DNA from: a virus
Taxonomy: Duplodnaviria > Caudoviricetes
Direction: 5' to 3' (one strand)
Virus record (IMG/VR): IMGVR_UViG_3300008050_007858
Span: 1 to 54,188 of that record
Length of the DNA: 54,188 bases
Under the pieces are notes generated by a model. It made no database searches, was not told the DNA's origin, and saw only the letters and a list, made by a program, of their open reading frames with translations. Position 1 is the stretch's first letter. Every line of letters starts with the position of its first letter. Of the stretch, positions 38,231-48,653 are shown piece by piece. The translations under genes and the position numbers were made by a program.

Positions 38231-39098
38231 CTGCTTGTTGATCCTTTACAAACTTCATCGGCTCCTCTATGGATACCGCTCTTCCTATAAGTTTTTCCCA
38301 GTCCCTGTCTGGTCGTACCTCAAGATTTTTTTCCCAAACCGCCGTCATAATTGCTGGGTTGATGTTGCATTCTAGCATGACTTTGATAATAGCGTTAACA
38401 TCCTTTGGAAAACAGGAGCCTCCAAAGCCATACCTACCATCGGGTCCTGGTGTTGATAAGTGTGTTTTGCCTATCCTTTTATCATACAATGAATATTCTA
38501 CAACTTTATCATAATCAATATTTTTTTGTTCGCATATTTGTCGCATTTCATTGGCAAAAGAAACCTTAGTAGCCAAAAAGCAATTACAGAAATACTTTAC
38601 CATTTCCGCCGTATTAGATCCAGTCTTAAGGATTGGAGTAGAGGGAAATCTTTTCCGATATAGGTTTTTAATTATTGTCGTTGCGGGGCGGGGACCTCCC
38701 ACAATAATTCGGTCTTGGTTCTTAAAGTCTTGTATAAAATTAGCTTCGGTTAAAAACTCGGGGTTGAACACTAGAGATAGGTTTTTATATTTGGACCCCA
38801 GCCGTTCGGTTGTGCCGGGAGGCACAGTTGACTTAAGGACTGCTATGTGCCCCTTAGAGAGTCGATTCAAATCTTCTAATACATTTTCTACGATCTCAGT
38901 ATTACAGCTACCATCTTTGTTCATCGGAGTAGGAACACAGACAAATATTATTTTAGACCTTTCACATAATTCCGTAAGAGAGGAACAGGTAGAATTTTTA
39001 TTAATGTCATATGTGTGAACCTCGAACACTCCTTCAAAGCCAACCCGAACGGCGGTCCCTACAAATCCCTGCCCTATGATCCCGATGTTATTATCCAT
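38220..39098 (-). CDS. UDP-glucose/GDP-mannose dehydrogenase family protein (short form)
   Basis: GIIGQGFVG, CVPTP, KSTVPPGT, NPEFL, AEMVKY, GFGGSCFPKD (catalytic Cys). Confidence 0.9.
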   Translation of the reverse strand: MDNNIGIIGQGFVGTAVRVGFEGVFEVHTYDINKNSTCSSLTELCERSKIIFVCVPTPMNKDGSCNTEIVENVLEDLNRLSKGHIAVLKSTVPPGTTERLGSKYKNLSLVFNPEFLTEANFIQDFKNQDRIIVGGPRPATTIIKNLYRKRFPSTPILKTGSNTAEMVKYFCNCFLATKVSFANEMRQICEQKNIDYDKVVEYSLYDKRIGKTHLSTPGPDGRYGFGGSCFPKDVNAIIKVMLECNINPAIMTAVWEKNLEVRPDRDWEKLIGRAVSIEEPMKFVKDQQADER

Positions 39099-39963
39099 GA
39101 ATATCCTCCTTTAATTTTTGAAAGCACTCGTGAATTCCGTCCCGAATATTTACATCGGTTTTCCATCCCAGTTTAAACAACGAAGAAGGTTGTGCTTGTG
39201 TTTCGAAGACATCTCCGGGGCGGCCATCCACATACTCGAAATGTACTTCTGGGAAATATTCTTGGCAGATTTTTTTCATTTCATTAAGAGAAATATTGGT
39301 CCCGGTTCCTGTGTCATACACTCCCCCATTAAATTTGCCCTCATATTCCATTGCAAAGATATTAGCCGCTACCACATCCCGCACATTTAACATATCACGT
39401 TTTTGATACCCCGTTCCGGTGATGAATGGATTTTTGTTTTGACGAATATATTCCATCCAATTAGCTACAGCAGTAGCATAAGCACCATCTGCCCTTTGGT
39501 CCGGGGAATACACATTAAAATATCTTAAAGATACGGTATCAATACCATATAACTTGGCGTATAAAGTGGTCTCTATTTCTGAGGTTAACTTCTGGAGTGC
39601 GTAAGGACTTTCGGGACCGTCACCGTTTCCAACTACTGAGGATGAGCTAGAATAAACAAACCTCTTACACTCTACTTCCCTCGCAAGATCTAAAATCCAC
39701 GACGTCGCTAAAGTATTATTAATCATTGTAGAGAGAGGATTTTCAACACTGAACTCTACTCGGGGCCAGCACGCTAAATGGAATATAATTTCCGGGTTAA
39801 AGTCTAAGTACTTCTGGCGGGATGACCCACTTAGTATCTCTGATATCTCACCCGAATTTTCATCTTCTGTATCGATACCTATTATTTCATGCCCACGCAT
39901 CATTAACGTATTATACAGGTGTGTTCCGATATATCCTTTATGTCCCGTTACTAAACACCGCAT
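39091..39963 (-). CDS. NAD-dependent nucleotide-sugar epimerase/dehydratase
   Basis: LVTGHKGYIG, SSSS, YALQK (YxxxK), LRYFNVY, RPGD. Confidence 0.9.
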   Translation of the reverse strand: MRCLVTGHKGYIGTHLYNTLMMRGHEIIGIDTEDENSGEISEILSGSSRQKYLDFNPEIIFHLACWPRVEFSVENPLSTMINNTLATSWILDLAREVECKRFVYSSSSSVVGNGDGPESPYALQKLTSEIETTLYAKLYGIDTVSLRYFNVYSPDQRADGAYATAVANWMEYIRQNKNPFITGTGYQKRDMLNVRDVVAANIFAMEYEGKFNGGVYDTGTGTNISLNEMKKICQEYFPEVHFEYVDGRPGDVFETQAQPSSLFKLGWKTDVNIRDGIHECFQKLKEDIHG

Positions 39964-39978
39964 CGTTGGATTCTCCCT

Positions 39979-40569
39979 CTACATATTCAGATTATAAAGC
40001 ATAGAGTAGTAATTTTTAACCTGTGGAGAAAAAAAGTCTACTTTTATATTAGATGTTTTAAACTTTTCAAGTTCTAGGTAATCTTTACCGCTTGGTCCCG
40101 AGAGGTATATTGAAGCTTCTGTCCTTTTACAGATATCCAATAACAAATCGGTCTTGGAGCCAGTGACACCTAGAGATGAAGCATATATTATGGGCGTAGT
40201 AATATTCATTCTTTCTCTACACCATTCGATAGACCGCATATTGATGTCTATTAGTTTTTCGTGCTCATAAATTGATGTGGCGTCCATCTTAAGGTTGTGA
40301 GATATTTTCTTAATCACCTTTTTTCGCCAGTGATTGAGTGAATTATCTACTGTTACCACATCTTTGATCATCTTAGAAGTGCTACTTTTAGGTACTGAAA
40401 CACCAAACCACTCCTCGGATCCCTGTTTGTTCAGGAATTTATTTCTATTTTGAAAGTAGTTTTTTCTATATTTAACACAATCAAGAACGATAAACAAATC
40501 CGCACAATCCATCTTTTGAAAAAACCCTTCATAAGGGAAGTGTTCCGGTTGATGTATGGTTACTATCAC
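39979..40569 (-). CDS. WbqC-like family protein
   Basis: IHQPEHFPYEGFFQKM...FIVLD...FQNRN...YLSGPSGKDYL. Confidence 0.88.
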   Translation of the reverse strand: MIVTIHQPEHFPYEGFFQKMDCADLFIVLDCVKYRKNYFQNRNKFLNKQGSEEWFGVSVPKSSTSKMIKDVVTVDNSLNHWRKKVIKKISHNLKMDATSIYEHEKLIDINMRSIEWCRERMNITTPIIYASSLGVTGSKTDLLLDICKRTEASIYLSGPSGKDYLELEKFKTSNIKVDFFSPQVKNYYSMLYNLNM

Positions 40570-41330
40570 CTGAGGTTTCCTAATATTTTCTCCTTAGTAT
40601 CAATTTGCTCAAAGATGCTGGATTCTGTATCAAATTTCTTTTTAACCACCATCAAATTACAATAATGGTGGAAAAATAAAATATCATTTCTAAACTCCCG
40701 AGGATTCATGTTGAGATATTTCTCTATATTTTGCGATATAGGGTGAGAAAAATTAGCCCTATTAGATTTGTCGGCTTGTATCCTTTTCTCTACCAAATTC
40801 GATGAAAAAATATCCAAATCTACCGAACGAATTTGTTTAACCAAAAACTCATCCCATTTATCTCTGTCCTGGGGGTATCCTAAGAAATGGTTATGGAACA
40901 CCATACTTGTATCTTCTATAAAATATAACCCTCCATTTTTTAAGCTTTCCCAAAGATATTCATAAGAATTTATCATATGGAAAAACACATGACTTCCGTC
41001 ATCAATTATAATATCAAAATCAATTTTCTTGATTGGATCAAAAGTGCTAGGGTTATTTTGGTCACCAATAAGGATTTCTATATTTTCTTCCTTGTGGCTT
41101 AAGCATTTTGGATCAATGTCTACTCCCCATATTTTAGCATTTGGAAAATATTTCTTCCACAACCTTAGGGATTCTCCATTTTTTACTCCAATTTCTAAGA
41201 TGTTTACCTTCTCCTGGCGAAGGGCGTGAAGGTAGAAATCATAGATCGGATAGTAGTGCGCAAATTTATCCGTATTCATGTTATGTTTGGCTGCTTCTTT
41301 TTTATCAATATTAGTTAAAGGGGTGTCCAT
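40566..41330 (-). CDS. class I SAM-dependent sugar O-methyltransferase-like protein
   Basis: TDK.H.Y, ILEIGVKNGESLRLW, GVDID, GDQ, DIIIDDGSH, GGLYFIED. Confidence 0.85.
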   Translation of the reverse strand: MDTPLTNIDKKEAAKHNMNTDKFAHYYPIYDFYLHALRQEKVNILEIGVKNGESLRLWKKYFPNAKIWGVDIDPKCLSHKEENIEILIGDQNNPSTFDPIKKIDFDIIIDDGSHVFFHMINSYEYLWESLKNGGLYFIEDTSMVFHNHFLGYPQDRDKWDEFLVKQIRSVDLDIFSSNLVEKRIQADKSNRANFSHPISQNIEKYLNMNPREFRNDILFFHHYCNLMVVKKKFDTESSIFEQIDTKEKILGNLR

Positions 41331-41359
41331 TTATTTGATCTCCTGTATTAGTATTAAAA

Positions 41360-41989
41360 TCATATCCATTTTAATATCCTATAGCACTCATAATGTTTGT
41401 ATTTTCCTTTTGTAAAATTTTCATGAAAATAGCGGGTTCCGAAATCGTAGTGAGACTCACTCTGAAGGTAATATCCTAGCTTACTGTAGGATTGTTCTAC
41501 ATTTATATCATAAAAGTTTAGCATCTTCTTTTTGATGTTAAATTCTTCTGATTCTAACCCGAGCCAATAATTTGGAACAAAGTTTAATGAACTGGGGGAG
41601 TAAAAAGTGATGAATTTATTACAATACTTATAAAGACCTTTGGATATATAATGGAGACTAGTATGGTCTGTATGACAATCTTCACTGTCGTGAGTCACAA
41701 GATCAAATACACCTTGTTTAAAGTCGATCGATTTATAAATTTTATCCTTCACCAAGTCAAAATTAGTGGTTAAAGATCGTTGATCAAATCCTAAATTAGT
41801 ATACTTTATTTTTCTTCCACACATTTCTTCTATGAGAGACAAATTACGTTCCCAAATACTCACTTTAGGAGCCCAAGTAGAAGCAGTAATAATTTCAATA
41901 TTGTTATACAGTGAGTGATTCCTCAACAAAAATCCCAAACACGAGATTTCAAAATCATCTAGATGGGCCACAAAAAAATAAAGAGTCAT
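41360..41989 (-). CDS. PIG-L/LmbE family N-acetyl-sugar deacetylase
   Basis: AHLDDFE (HxDD) and DCHTDH (HxDH) zinc-binding motifs. Confidence 0.8.
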   Translation of the reverse strand: MTLYFFVAHLDDFEISCLGFLLRNHSLYNNIEIITASTWAPKVSIWERNLSLIEEMCGRKIKYTNLGFDQRSLTTNFDLVKDKIYKSIDFKQGVFDLVTHDSEDCHTDHTSLHYISKGLYKYCNKFITFYSPSSLNFVPNYWLGLESEEFNIKKKMLNFYDINVEQSYSKLGYYLQSESHYDFGTRYFHENFTKGKYKHYECYRILKWI

Positions 41990-42957
41990 GTCGAAAGCAT
42001 CCTTACTATATCCTCGTGAGCTACACGACAGCCCTCCTCCATAGAATATGCTCCTTGGGCGAATTCAAAAGCCTGTTTAGACAAATTGTGGGTTGAGGCC
42101 TCTCTGATTTTTTCGATCATCTCGGCAAAAGAGTGCGGGTTATGATTTTTATATTGAAAACAATAGGCGTAAGCGGACTTGTGAGTTAAAACTAAATCGG
42201 AGATTATACAGGGAGTTCCTCCTCTTAGTGATTCAAAAATAACCCTGGGGCTGGGATCAAAAGGCTGAAAGGGTCTTGGGTCTGTGGTCAAAAATGAAAA
42301 CTTTGATTTTCTAATCTCTTCAGCCACCACCTCCCTCGGAACATCTCCCAAAAAGCGATAAGATAAAGATTTTCTTTCAAGTATTGTTTTGATAGTGTCA
42401 ACATAGGGCTGGTTTCTTACAGGTCCTATGAACACAAACTCGTGAGATTTGAAATCTTCCGGGGATATCAGGTTGAGGAATTCTATTTGATTTTTATCTG
42501 TCCCGAGACTGCCGACACAGACTATTTGTTGTGGTCTGTCTTGGTATGGATAATAGGATGAAAATATCTCCTGCATTTCGGGAGTAGGCGGCTTAATAAG
42601 TTGACCATCGGTAAAATAAGCATCAACCCCCTCTAAATTACCCGGAACTCCCAAGGGTATCAAGTTAATAACTTTAGTAGTGGGAGAATAAAAACTCTTG
42701 CCATAAGTTTGAAACGCACTGCTTTTACAGATAATGTAGTCATATGAGATAGATCTTAGGTACTCAATGTCAACATTTTTAAAAGAATTTTCTCTCTCGT
42801 ATTGAAGGGAAAATTCTCTCTTATCCTTCTTGAAATAGGAATAGACATTGTGATAGTAACGGCTAAAATAGGCAGGCAGTTCATTGCCTTCAAGTTGTCT
42901 TGTTTCCGGAGAAAAATGAAGAAACAAGATTTTAGATTTTTTATTGAAGAACGTCAT
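41986..42957 (-). CDS. GT-B glycosyltransferase (GT4-like)
   Basis: VCVGSL..KNQ, FLGDVPREVV, FDPSPRVIFESLRGGTPCIISD. Confidence 0.75.
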   Translation of the reverse strand: MTFFNKKSKILFLHFSPETRQLEGNELPAYFSRYYHNVYSYFKKDKREFSLQYERENSFKNVDIEYLRSISYDYIICKSSAFQTYGKSFYSPTTKVINLIPLGVPGNLEGVDAYFTDGQLIKPPTPEMQEIFSSYYPYQDRPQQIVCVGSLGTDKNQIEFLNLISPEDFKSHEFVFIGPVRNQPYVDTIKTILERKSLSYRFLGDVPREVVAEEIRKSKFSFLTTDPRPFQPFDPSPRVIFESLRGGTPCIISDLVLTHKSAYAYCFQYKNHNPHSFAEMIEKIREASTHNLSKQAFEFAQGAYSMEEGCRVAHEDIVRMLST

Positions 42958-43711
42958 CGTGTTTCCAATACCGGGAAAATATATTTTTTTCGTCTCTGGA
43001 TCCTATGAGAATCAAAGTGTCCTTAATGTCTGAGTCGGATATTTCTGGGGTTTTCGTATCTGCAGTTAATTTTACTTGTTGAATCCATTCGTTATTCATT
43101 TCGATCCCAAGCCAGTTACCTATGTTAGAAACACTGCTATCAAAATCATGAAGAATATCTTCATAATAAACACGCAAGAATAAGTCGGGATTTAAGTGAT
43201 CCTCTATATTCGCTGCCTGTAAAGAATCTTCTATCACCTTGGTACAAGCTGCCTCAAATGTGTCATAACCATGAGATTTCATATATGAACGAGCAGCAGC
43301 GGCTGGATGACGAACTAAGTGTAAAAAATAGAAATTATTTTCCTTGGACAATAACAAAAGGTCTGTTGGGGATTCTCTAAAAATTTGTGTAGTGCCGCCA
43401 GCTTTTTTGTCGCCTACAACTAATATCTTTTTCTTTTGAAACTCTGGGGATTTAGACAGGTGCCCCATGCCCTTCCATCGCTCTTGATATTGGGACATAT
43501 TATATCCTGTATTTTCTAGTCCATTTTTAAATTCGGCTAGCGCATTCTGATACAAATCTTGGAGGGCTCTGTCGTAAGGGTATGAGTGGTTGATAACTTT
43601 GTCCAAAAATCTAGATTCATTAGATATCAAACAATTGGGGTGATAATTCAGTACTTGCCCTACGAAAGTACTTCCGGTTCGTCCACTACCAATAAAACAA
43701 AGGTATTTCAT
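42941..43711 (-). CDS. PAPS-dependent sulfotransferase
   Basis: FIGSGRTGSTFV (5'-PSB loop), LNYHP, GDK, LVRHPAAAARS (3'-PB motif), VYYEDIL. Confidence 0.85.
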   Translation of the reverse strand: MKYLCFIGSGRTGSTFVGQVLNYHPNCLISNESRFLDKVINHSYPYDRALQDLYQNALAEFKNGLENTGYNMSQYQERWKGMGHLSKSPEFQKKKILVVGDKKAGGTTQIFRESPTDLLLLSKENNFYFLHLVRHPAAAARSYMKSHGYDTFEAACTKVIEDSLQAANIEDHLNPDLFLRVYYEDILHDFDSSVSNIGNWLGIEMNNEWIQQVKLTADTKTPEISDSDIKDTLILIGSRDEKNIFSRYWKHDDVLQ

Positions 43712-43712
43712 C

Positions 43713-44459
43713 TCAAAATTCCATAAAGTTTTTCTTACAAAATTCCAAAGCTTGCTCTAAGGACTCCACTTGATATTGTCCTTGGTTGATTTTTGGGTCA
43801 GCGTGCATATGATAAATTCTCGGCTTAAGGTGGTCGTCGCCAAATTCATGATGAAACTTTCGTTGCTTTTCTCGATTAGCTTTGCTGCGAATATTATATT
43901 CTACCGGCAGGATATAGAGTTTAAGACCTTCTTTACACCCCTCCCACAATGAAGCCCTAAAAGAGGGTTGGTCCCAGGGAGATATATGAAAATACCTATA
44001 AAAATATTCTTTCCAACGAGCGAAGAGTCGATTAGCTTGTGGACTCTTCCTGTATCCCATAACACCCGTGTTTACTTCTGAAAAAGCATATGGAACTACT
44101 CCATATTCGGGTATAGTGGTGGTGTATTTCTTTCTCTTACGAGCTAAATCATGGCATATAACCACGTCAAAAACATCCAACATCTCAAACACATCCGATA
44201 TATCATGATTAACAATGGTATCTGTATCTAAAAAGATAGTGGACTCATACGGAGATTGATCCATGTAATCAATCTTAGATCTTAGGTGACTAACTGTAAT
44301 TATTTTTAAATTGTCGATATGGGGAGATTCCACATCACGGTCAGCAAACATGGTGATATCTATGTCGGGCATCGCTTGTTTAACAGACTGGGCCGAGAGA
44401 AGGGCTTCTTTTATGAAGTTTTCCCCATAAGCTATATAAAGAATTCCTTGTGACGTCAT
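43713..44459 (-). CDS. GT-A nucleotide-diphospho-sugar transferase
   Basis: TIFLDTDT (DxD), VNTGV, WDQPSFR, LPVEYN, IYH. Confidence 0.8.
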   Translation of the reverse strand: MTSQGILYIAYGENFIKEALLSAQSVKQAMPDIDITMFADRDVESPHIDNLKIITVSHLRSKIDYMDQSPYESTIFLDTDTIVNHDISDVFEMLDVFDVVICHDLARKRKKYTTTIPEYGVVPYAFSEVNTGVMGYRKSPQANRLFARWKEYFYRYFHISPWDQPSFRASLWEGCKEGLKLYILPVEYNIRSKANREKQRKFHHEFGDDHLKPRIYHMHADPKINQGQYQVESLEQALEFCKKNFMEF

Positions 44460-44460
44460 T

Positions 44461-45450
44461 TTATTTTTTTATCCTTCTTATTTCATTATACACTTTTTGA
44501 GCCCATTGTATAGGGTCGTACTCTTGATCGAATTTAAGCTTGGCCGATCGGGAAACTTCGGTTCGATGAGACGGATCTTTCAAATTTTCAAATGCTTTTA
44601 ACCAGCTATGCTTGTAGTGGGCTAGGTACCCACATTGCTCATCCCCGAGTAAGTGAAAATTGCTGGGAGTTATATCTGCTACAACTGGGATTCCTAACTG
44701 ATGGAACACAAACGCTCTTCCAGCATTGGACTTATTTTTAAACCTAATCGTATAATCCGTTGAGTACAGCCCAAGATCAGGATCCGTCACTGTCTTGTCG
44801 AACTCCCCAGGAGTCATAGAGGTTACATTAGGAACTAGACCAATATCACACTCTCGTAGACTCTTTTCTATAGTATCATAGTTCCAATATTCTAGAGTGA
44901 TATTGGGGATTTTTGGTATCCCCACTGTCCAGGATTTAAACCCAGGGGAAGTTATAATTTTTAAGGTTATAGGGTTTGTCTCGCTAAACTCTTCCAGGGC
45001 AGTTGTTAGGTGAGGAGAAAATTTACACAAATGAGTGTGGCTTCCATGATAGCCAAAAATCAAATTCTTCTTATTTGAGTGAGTCTTAAGCGGAATATCC
45101 CTGAACATATCCTCAATTAGGGGGAAATAAAAGACATTGGGATGATGAGACAAACTTATTTTTTCTTCTATGGATCCCACAATAATAAAATCTTGACCCA
45201 CATGATCGTTGTCGGACGCTAAATTTATCGCTCCATAAATTTTGTCAGTATATTTCTCTTTGAGGGGTTGTATCAGATGTGAGTCATTTTTTGAAACAAT
45301 GATGACATCTGCTTTTTCTACTTCTTCTGTAACGGCGGTAATCTGGGAGTTAATGCCCGCTTCGTTAAAGTACTTATTGAGATCTCGAACCCATATCCTA
45401 TACGATCCTACAGCACAGTTATGATCGCTACTTACAAATACTATTTTCAT
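44461..45450 (-). CDS. GT-B glycosyltransferase-like protein
   Basis: GSYRI, FGYHG, CDIGLVP, KSNAGR...LGIPVVA. Confidence 0.65.
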   Translation of the reverse strand: MKIVFVSSDHNCAVGSYRIWVRDLNKYFNEAGINSQITAVTEEVEKADVIIVSKNDSHLIQPLKEKYTDKIYGAINLASDNDHVGQDFIIVGSIEEKISLSHHPNVFYFPLIEDMFRDIPLKTHSNKKNLIFGYHGSHTHLCKFSPHLTTALEEFSETNPITLKIITSPGFKSWTVGIPKIPNITLEYWNYDTIEKSLRECDIGLVPNVTSMTPGEFDKTVTDPDLGLYSTDYTIRFKNKSNAGRAFVFHQLGIPVVADITPSNFHLLGDEQCGYLAHYKHSWLKAFENLKDPSHRTEVSRSAKLKFDQEYDPIQWAQKVYNEIRRIKK

Positions 45451-45452
45451 TT

Positions 45453-46121
45453 TTAGAATCTTTTACGAATGATTACTTGATGATTAGGATTACCGCTGGC
45501 TGCGTTGCCGACTCTATATATTTTCACATCCTCAGCGCCCTTGATTAACCTCTCTATATCGTAGTAACAGCCAAACCTTTTGTCAAAGTCATCAAATATC
45601 CAGATAGGATTATCGGACTGTACATCTCTCAGGTTTATTACATCTTTAACCACGTCGCCATAATCGTGAGCGCCGTCGATATAAAAGAGATCAATCTTGT
45701 TATTTGACTCTTTAATTTTGTCGGCCATATTTTTGCTATTTCCTAATACAAAAGTGGTATCACTCTTGAGCCTTTCACTATACTCTATATTTCGAACGTC
45801 TTTAATATCACAACTCCAAATATGTCCGCCAGAAGCCTTGAGTGTGTGGGCGAATGTATAAAATTGAAGACCTTCGGCAGTTCCTACCTCAGCTATATTT
45901 TGGACATTAAAGTGTTGAACTATAGTGGACAGATAATATGGTCTACGCTGTAGCTCGGAAAAACATTGTTTAGTTTGAGCCTCGGACAGCTTATGGGTAT
46001 GAGCCTTATTTGCTTGGACCTTGAGAGATATATCTTCCCATATATTGATGTATTCTTGGGGAGGTGTCACCTCCTTTATATCAGGATATGTTTTTATGGT
46101 CAGTTTTTGTTCATTGTTCAT
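45453..46121 (-). CDS. class I SAM-dependent methyltransferase (Methyltransf_24-like)
   Basis: IAEVGTAEG, SCDI, GNS, IDLFYIDGAHDY, IFDD. Start revised to ATG 46121 (ATGA overlap with the upstream stop). Confidence 0.8.
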   Translation of the reverse strand: MNNEQKLTIKTYPDIKEVTPPQEYINIWEDISLKVQANKAHTHKLSEAQTKQCFSELQRRPYYLSTIVQHFNVQNIAEVGTAEGLQFYTFAHTLKASGGHIWSCDIKDVRNIEYSERLKSDTTFVLGNSKNMADKIKESNNKIDLFYIDGAHDYGDVVKDVINLRDVQSDNPIWIFDDFDKRFGCYYDIERLIKGAEDVKIYRVGNAASGNPNHQVIIRKRF

Positions 46122-47026
46122 TGAGTGGTCCTTGGCGATATCATGAAGTCTAGATATTTTTGAGATACCCATTCCATATCGTAGCTTATATTATACTCAT
46201 TAATGCTCTGTTTTGTAAAGTCTAATTTGGGTGGCTCATATAACTTAACGGGAGCTAAGTTCCACTCATCTTCGTCAATGATTGTAGCTCCCAAGCCAGC
46301 CACCTCTTTGGTACCACCAGACGAAGAACAAATGATCTTACACCCACAGGCACGGGCATCAACCACAACATTGGGACAATGGTCCAACCAAGCTAAGTGG
46401 ATAAAATAATCACACGACTTCAAAATAGCCAACAAATAATGGTATTTAATATTTCCTAAATATTTTACTCGTGGATTCTCAATAGGTTTATTTTTTACTT
46501 CTCCGGCAATGAGCAATATATCTTTAGGTCCGGAGTACTTCATGAAATATTCGATATTCTCTTCTAACCTTTTGTGAGGTCTCCAGTGAGAGGCGCAACA
46601 CCACACTTTCTCATACCTGTCTTGGATATTAGAGATATTATGAGGCAGTTCATCTATCTGCTTCAGGTTGGCCCCGTTATGTATCACAATAGAGTGAGGG
46701 TGCTCCCCAAAAAAATGTGTTGTTAGTTTTTTGTTGAATTCGCTCTGAAAAATAACTCCTGTCGCATTGTCATAAGTTTTTTTAATCAACCTGTTCTGTT
46801 CCGAATAATTTTCAGAAGAATTAAAATATATTCCATCGAGCCTTTGGTACAACCCTCCTACTACTGGTTGACGAGTAGACTCAATAAACGCCAAGGTGGC
46901 AGTGGGATCTTCGTACACATTAAAAGTTACCCCTTTGTCTCCTAGGGCGTCGAACAACTTCCTCCCAAAACAGTTAGGCCCAGTATTGCTGGTTAAATTT
47001 ACATTTTGTAGGTGGAGGTTAGTCAT
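46118..47026 (-). CDS. glycosyltransferase family 4
   Basis: IFQSEF, VIHNG, WRPHKRL, DHCPNVVVDARACG...SSGGTKE. Confidence 0.85.
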   Translation of the reverse strand: MTNLHLQNVNLTSNTGPNCFGRKLFDALGDKGVTFNVYEDPTATLAFIESTRQPVVGGLYQRLDGIYFNSSENYSEQNRLIKKTYDNATGVIFQSEFNKKLTTHFFGEHPHSIVIHNGANLKQIDELPHNISNIQDRYEKVWCCASHWRPHKRLEENIEYFMKYSGPKDILLIAGEVKNKPIENPRVKYLGNIKYHYLLAILKSCDYFIHLAWLDHCPNVVVDARACGCKIICSSSGGTKEVAGLGATIIDEDEWNLAPVKLYEPPKLDFTKQSINEYNISYDMEWVSQKYLDFMISPRTTQ

Positions 47027-48653
47027 AGCTCTTAGGGTTGTATCTAGATTTTTTTCGAATTTCTAGCATGTTCTGATACTGCTCGTGTTGGCTCTTTTTA
47101 TTGACAGCGTTTGGATTACCCACGTTGTAAACACATAACACTTCTTTTATAAAGTGACTCCGGTTGGCAGCTAGTTCTAAAGCTGGGAGCATTATAGCCT
47201 GATCATAGGAGGACTTATAATATTGTCCATCAATATCTAAAAAGTCCTTAGGGTCTATGTCTTTCCATACCCTATGTTTTAATGTTTTAAGGTGGGATGC
47301 TCGCCACACATCTTTACGAAAGTTATTTTCCCTTACGGTGAGGTCGGGATACGCAGAAGATTCGCTTCCTATTTTACCAGTGGGGTACTCTATAAAGCTT
47401 CCAAACGTAACAAGAGCTTCGTCGCCATAGTATTTGTCCAAGGTATCTAAGACATACTTATTGGATAGCCAATCATCTCCGTCTAAAATAACGATAATTT
47501 CTTCATCGTCAGGGCTGGCTTCTCTAATAAGATCTTCTATGTTCTTGAGCGCATATTTTTTCGTTTTATTTTTAAATAAGTGAAACCTTTTATCTTCCCC
47601 TACAAACTTTTTAGCAAAAGTATAAGTAGAGTCCGTAGATAAATCATCGCCGATATAACATCTCCAATTTGGGTTATTTTGCCCAGAGATGCTTCCTAGG
47701 GCTTTTTCTATCCATGGATCAGAATTAAACACTGGGACGATAAAGAGATATTGATTCATTTTTGTGGCAGGAGACGGGGTAGGGACACGGGGGGCTATAG
47801 TGTGAGAATGTAGGGTATCCCAAAAAAATTCTGCTCGACCTTCTAAATATTCCCTCATTTGCGCAATATTTCTGTTTTTGAACCACGTCTCTTCTTGGTG
47901 CTGGACATTATCATTAAGGATCAGCTTAGATCCCAGAAGAGCCGCCTCAATCACGAGGCGGGGGCATGTATCGGCTCCTTTGGGCAAAAAGATCAAACCT
48001 TGGTGGGAAGCTATCTTATTCAACATCGCCCTATAGGGTAATCCCGACACTATTTCGTACTTTAAATTATTGTTTTGTGCGTAAAAAATAGCGTCTTCGG
48101 TACCTTTTATCCACGAGTCCGATCCCAATATAAGATAAGACTCTTCTTTAGCTTCTGTTGGCTTGGTTTCTTCAGCTAGAGTATCTAAAAGTTCAGAGTT
48201 AAAGATTGAACTGAGGATATAATTAGATTTTGTCTCAAGCATAGGAAAACGCTCAAAATATCTCTTACTCTGATCTTCACTCATCCAAAAAACACTAGAA
48301 GCTTTAGCGAGAAACACAGCGAACAGTTTTCCAAATGAGCTTTGGTCACACTGACATGATCCCTCTATTTCTATGTGTTTTTCTATCGATCTTAATTTAC
48401 AAAATTTATAATCGTACTCTACCACTGAATATTGGAGGGTTTTAATAGCCTCAATATAACTAGTTTTATCCATGTGGGAGGCATTTGTAAAAACCCAGTG
48501 ATAATCCTTTAAGGAGTGAATTATTTCGGAAGTGACCTGATGAGAGTACAATTTAATGACCGGGACATCGGCTAGATCAATCAGCCCCTGGGTGGAAAGC
48601 TCTGCTCCGCCCACATAATCTTCCACATAGGCATCTGCCACAAAAACATACAT
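47019..48653 (-). CDS. bifunctional glycosyltransferase (GT4-like N-terminus plus GT2 C-terminus)
   Basis: N-terminus: GGAE, KGT, DTCPRLVIEA. C-terminus: IVPVFN, DDLSTD, LDGDDWL. Confidence 0.85.
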   Translation of the reverse strand: MYVFVADAYVEDYVGGAELSTQGLIDLADVPVIKLYSHQVTSEIIHSLKDYHWVFTNASHMDKTSYIEAIKTLQYSVVEYDYKFCKLRSIEKHIEIEGSCQCDQSSFGKLFAVFLAKASSVFWMSEDQSKRYFERFPMLETKSNYILSSIFNSELLDTLAEETKPTEAKEESYLILGSDSWIKGTEDAIFYAQNNNLKYEIVSGLPYRAMLNKIASHQGLIFLPKGADTCPRLVIEAALLGSKLILNDNVQHQEETWFKNRNIAQMREYLEGRAEFFWDTLHSHTIAPRVPTPSPATKMNQYLFIVPVFNSDPWIEKALGSISGQNNPNWRCYIGDDLSTDSTYTFAKKFVGEDKRFHLFKNKTKKYALKNIEDLIREASPDDEEIIVILDGDDWLSNKYVLDTLDKYYGDEALVTFGSFIEYPTGKIGSESSAYPDLTVRENNFRKDVWRASHLKTLKHRVWKDIDPKDFLDIDGQYYKSSYDQAIMLPALELAANRSHFIKEVLCVYNVGNPNAVNKKSQHEQYQNMLEIRKKSRYNPKSYD

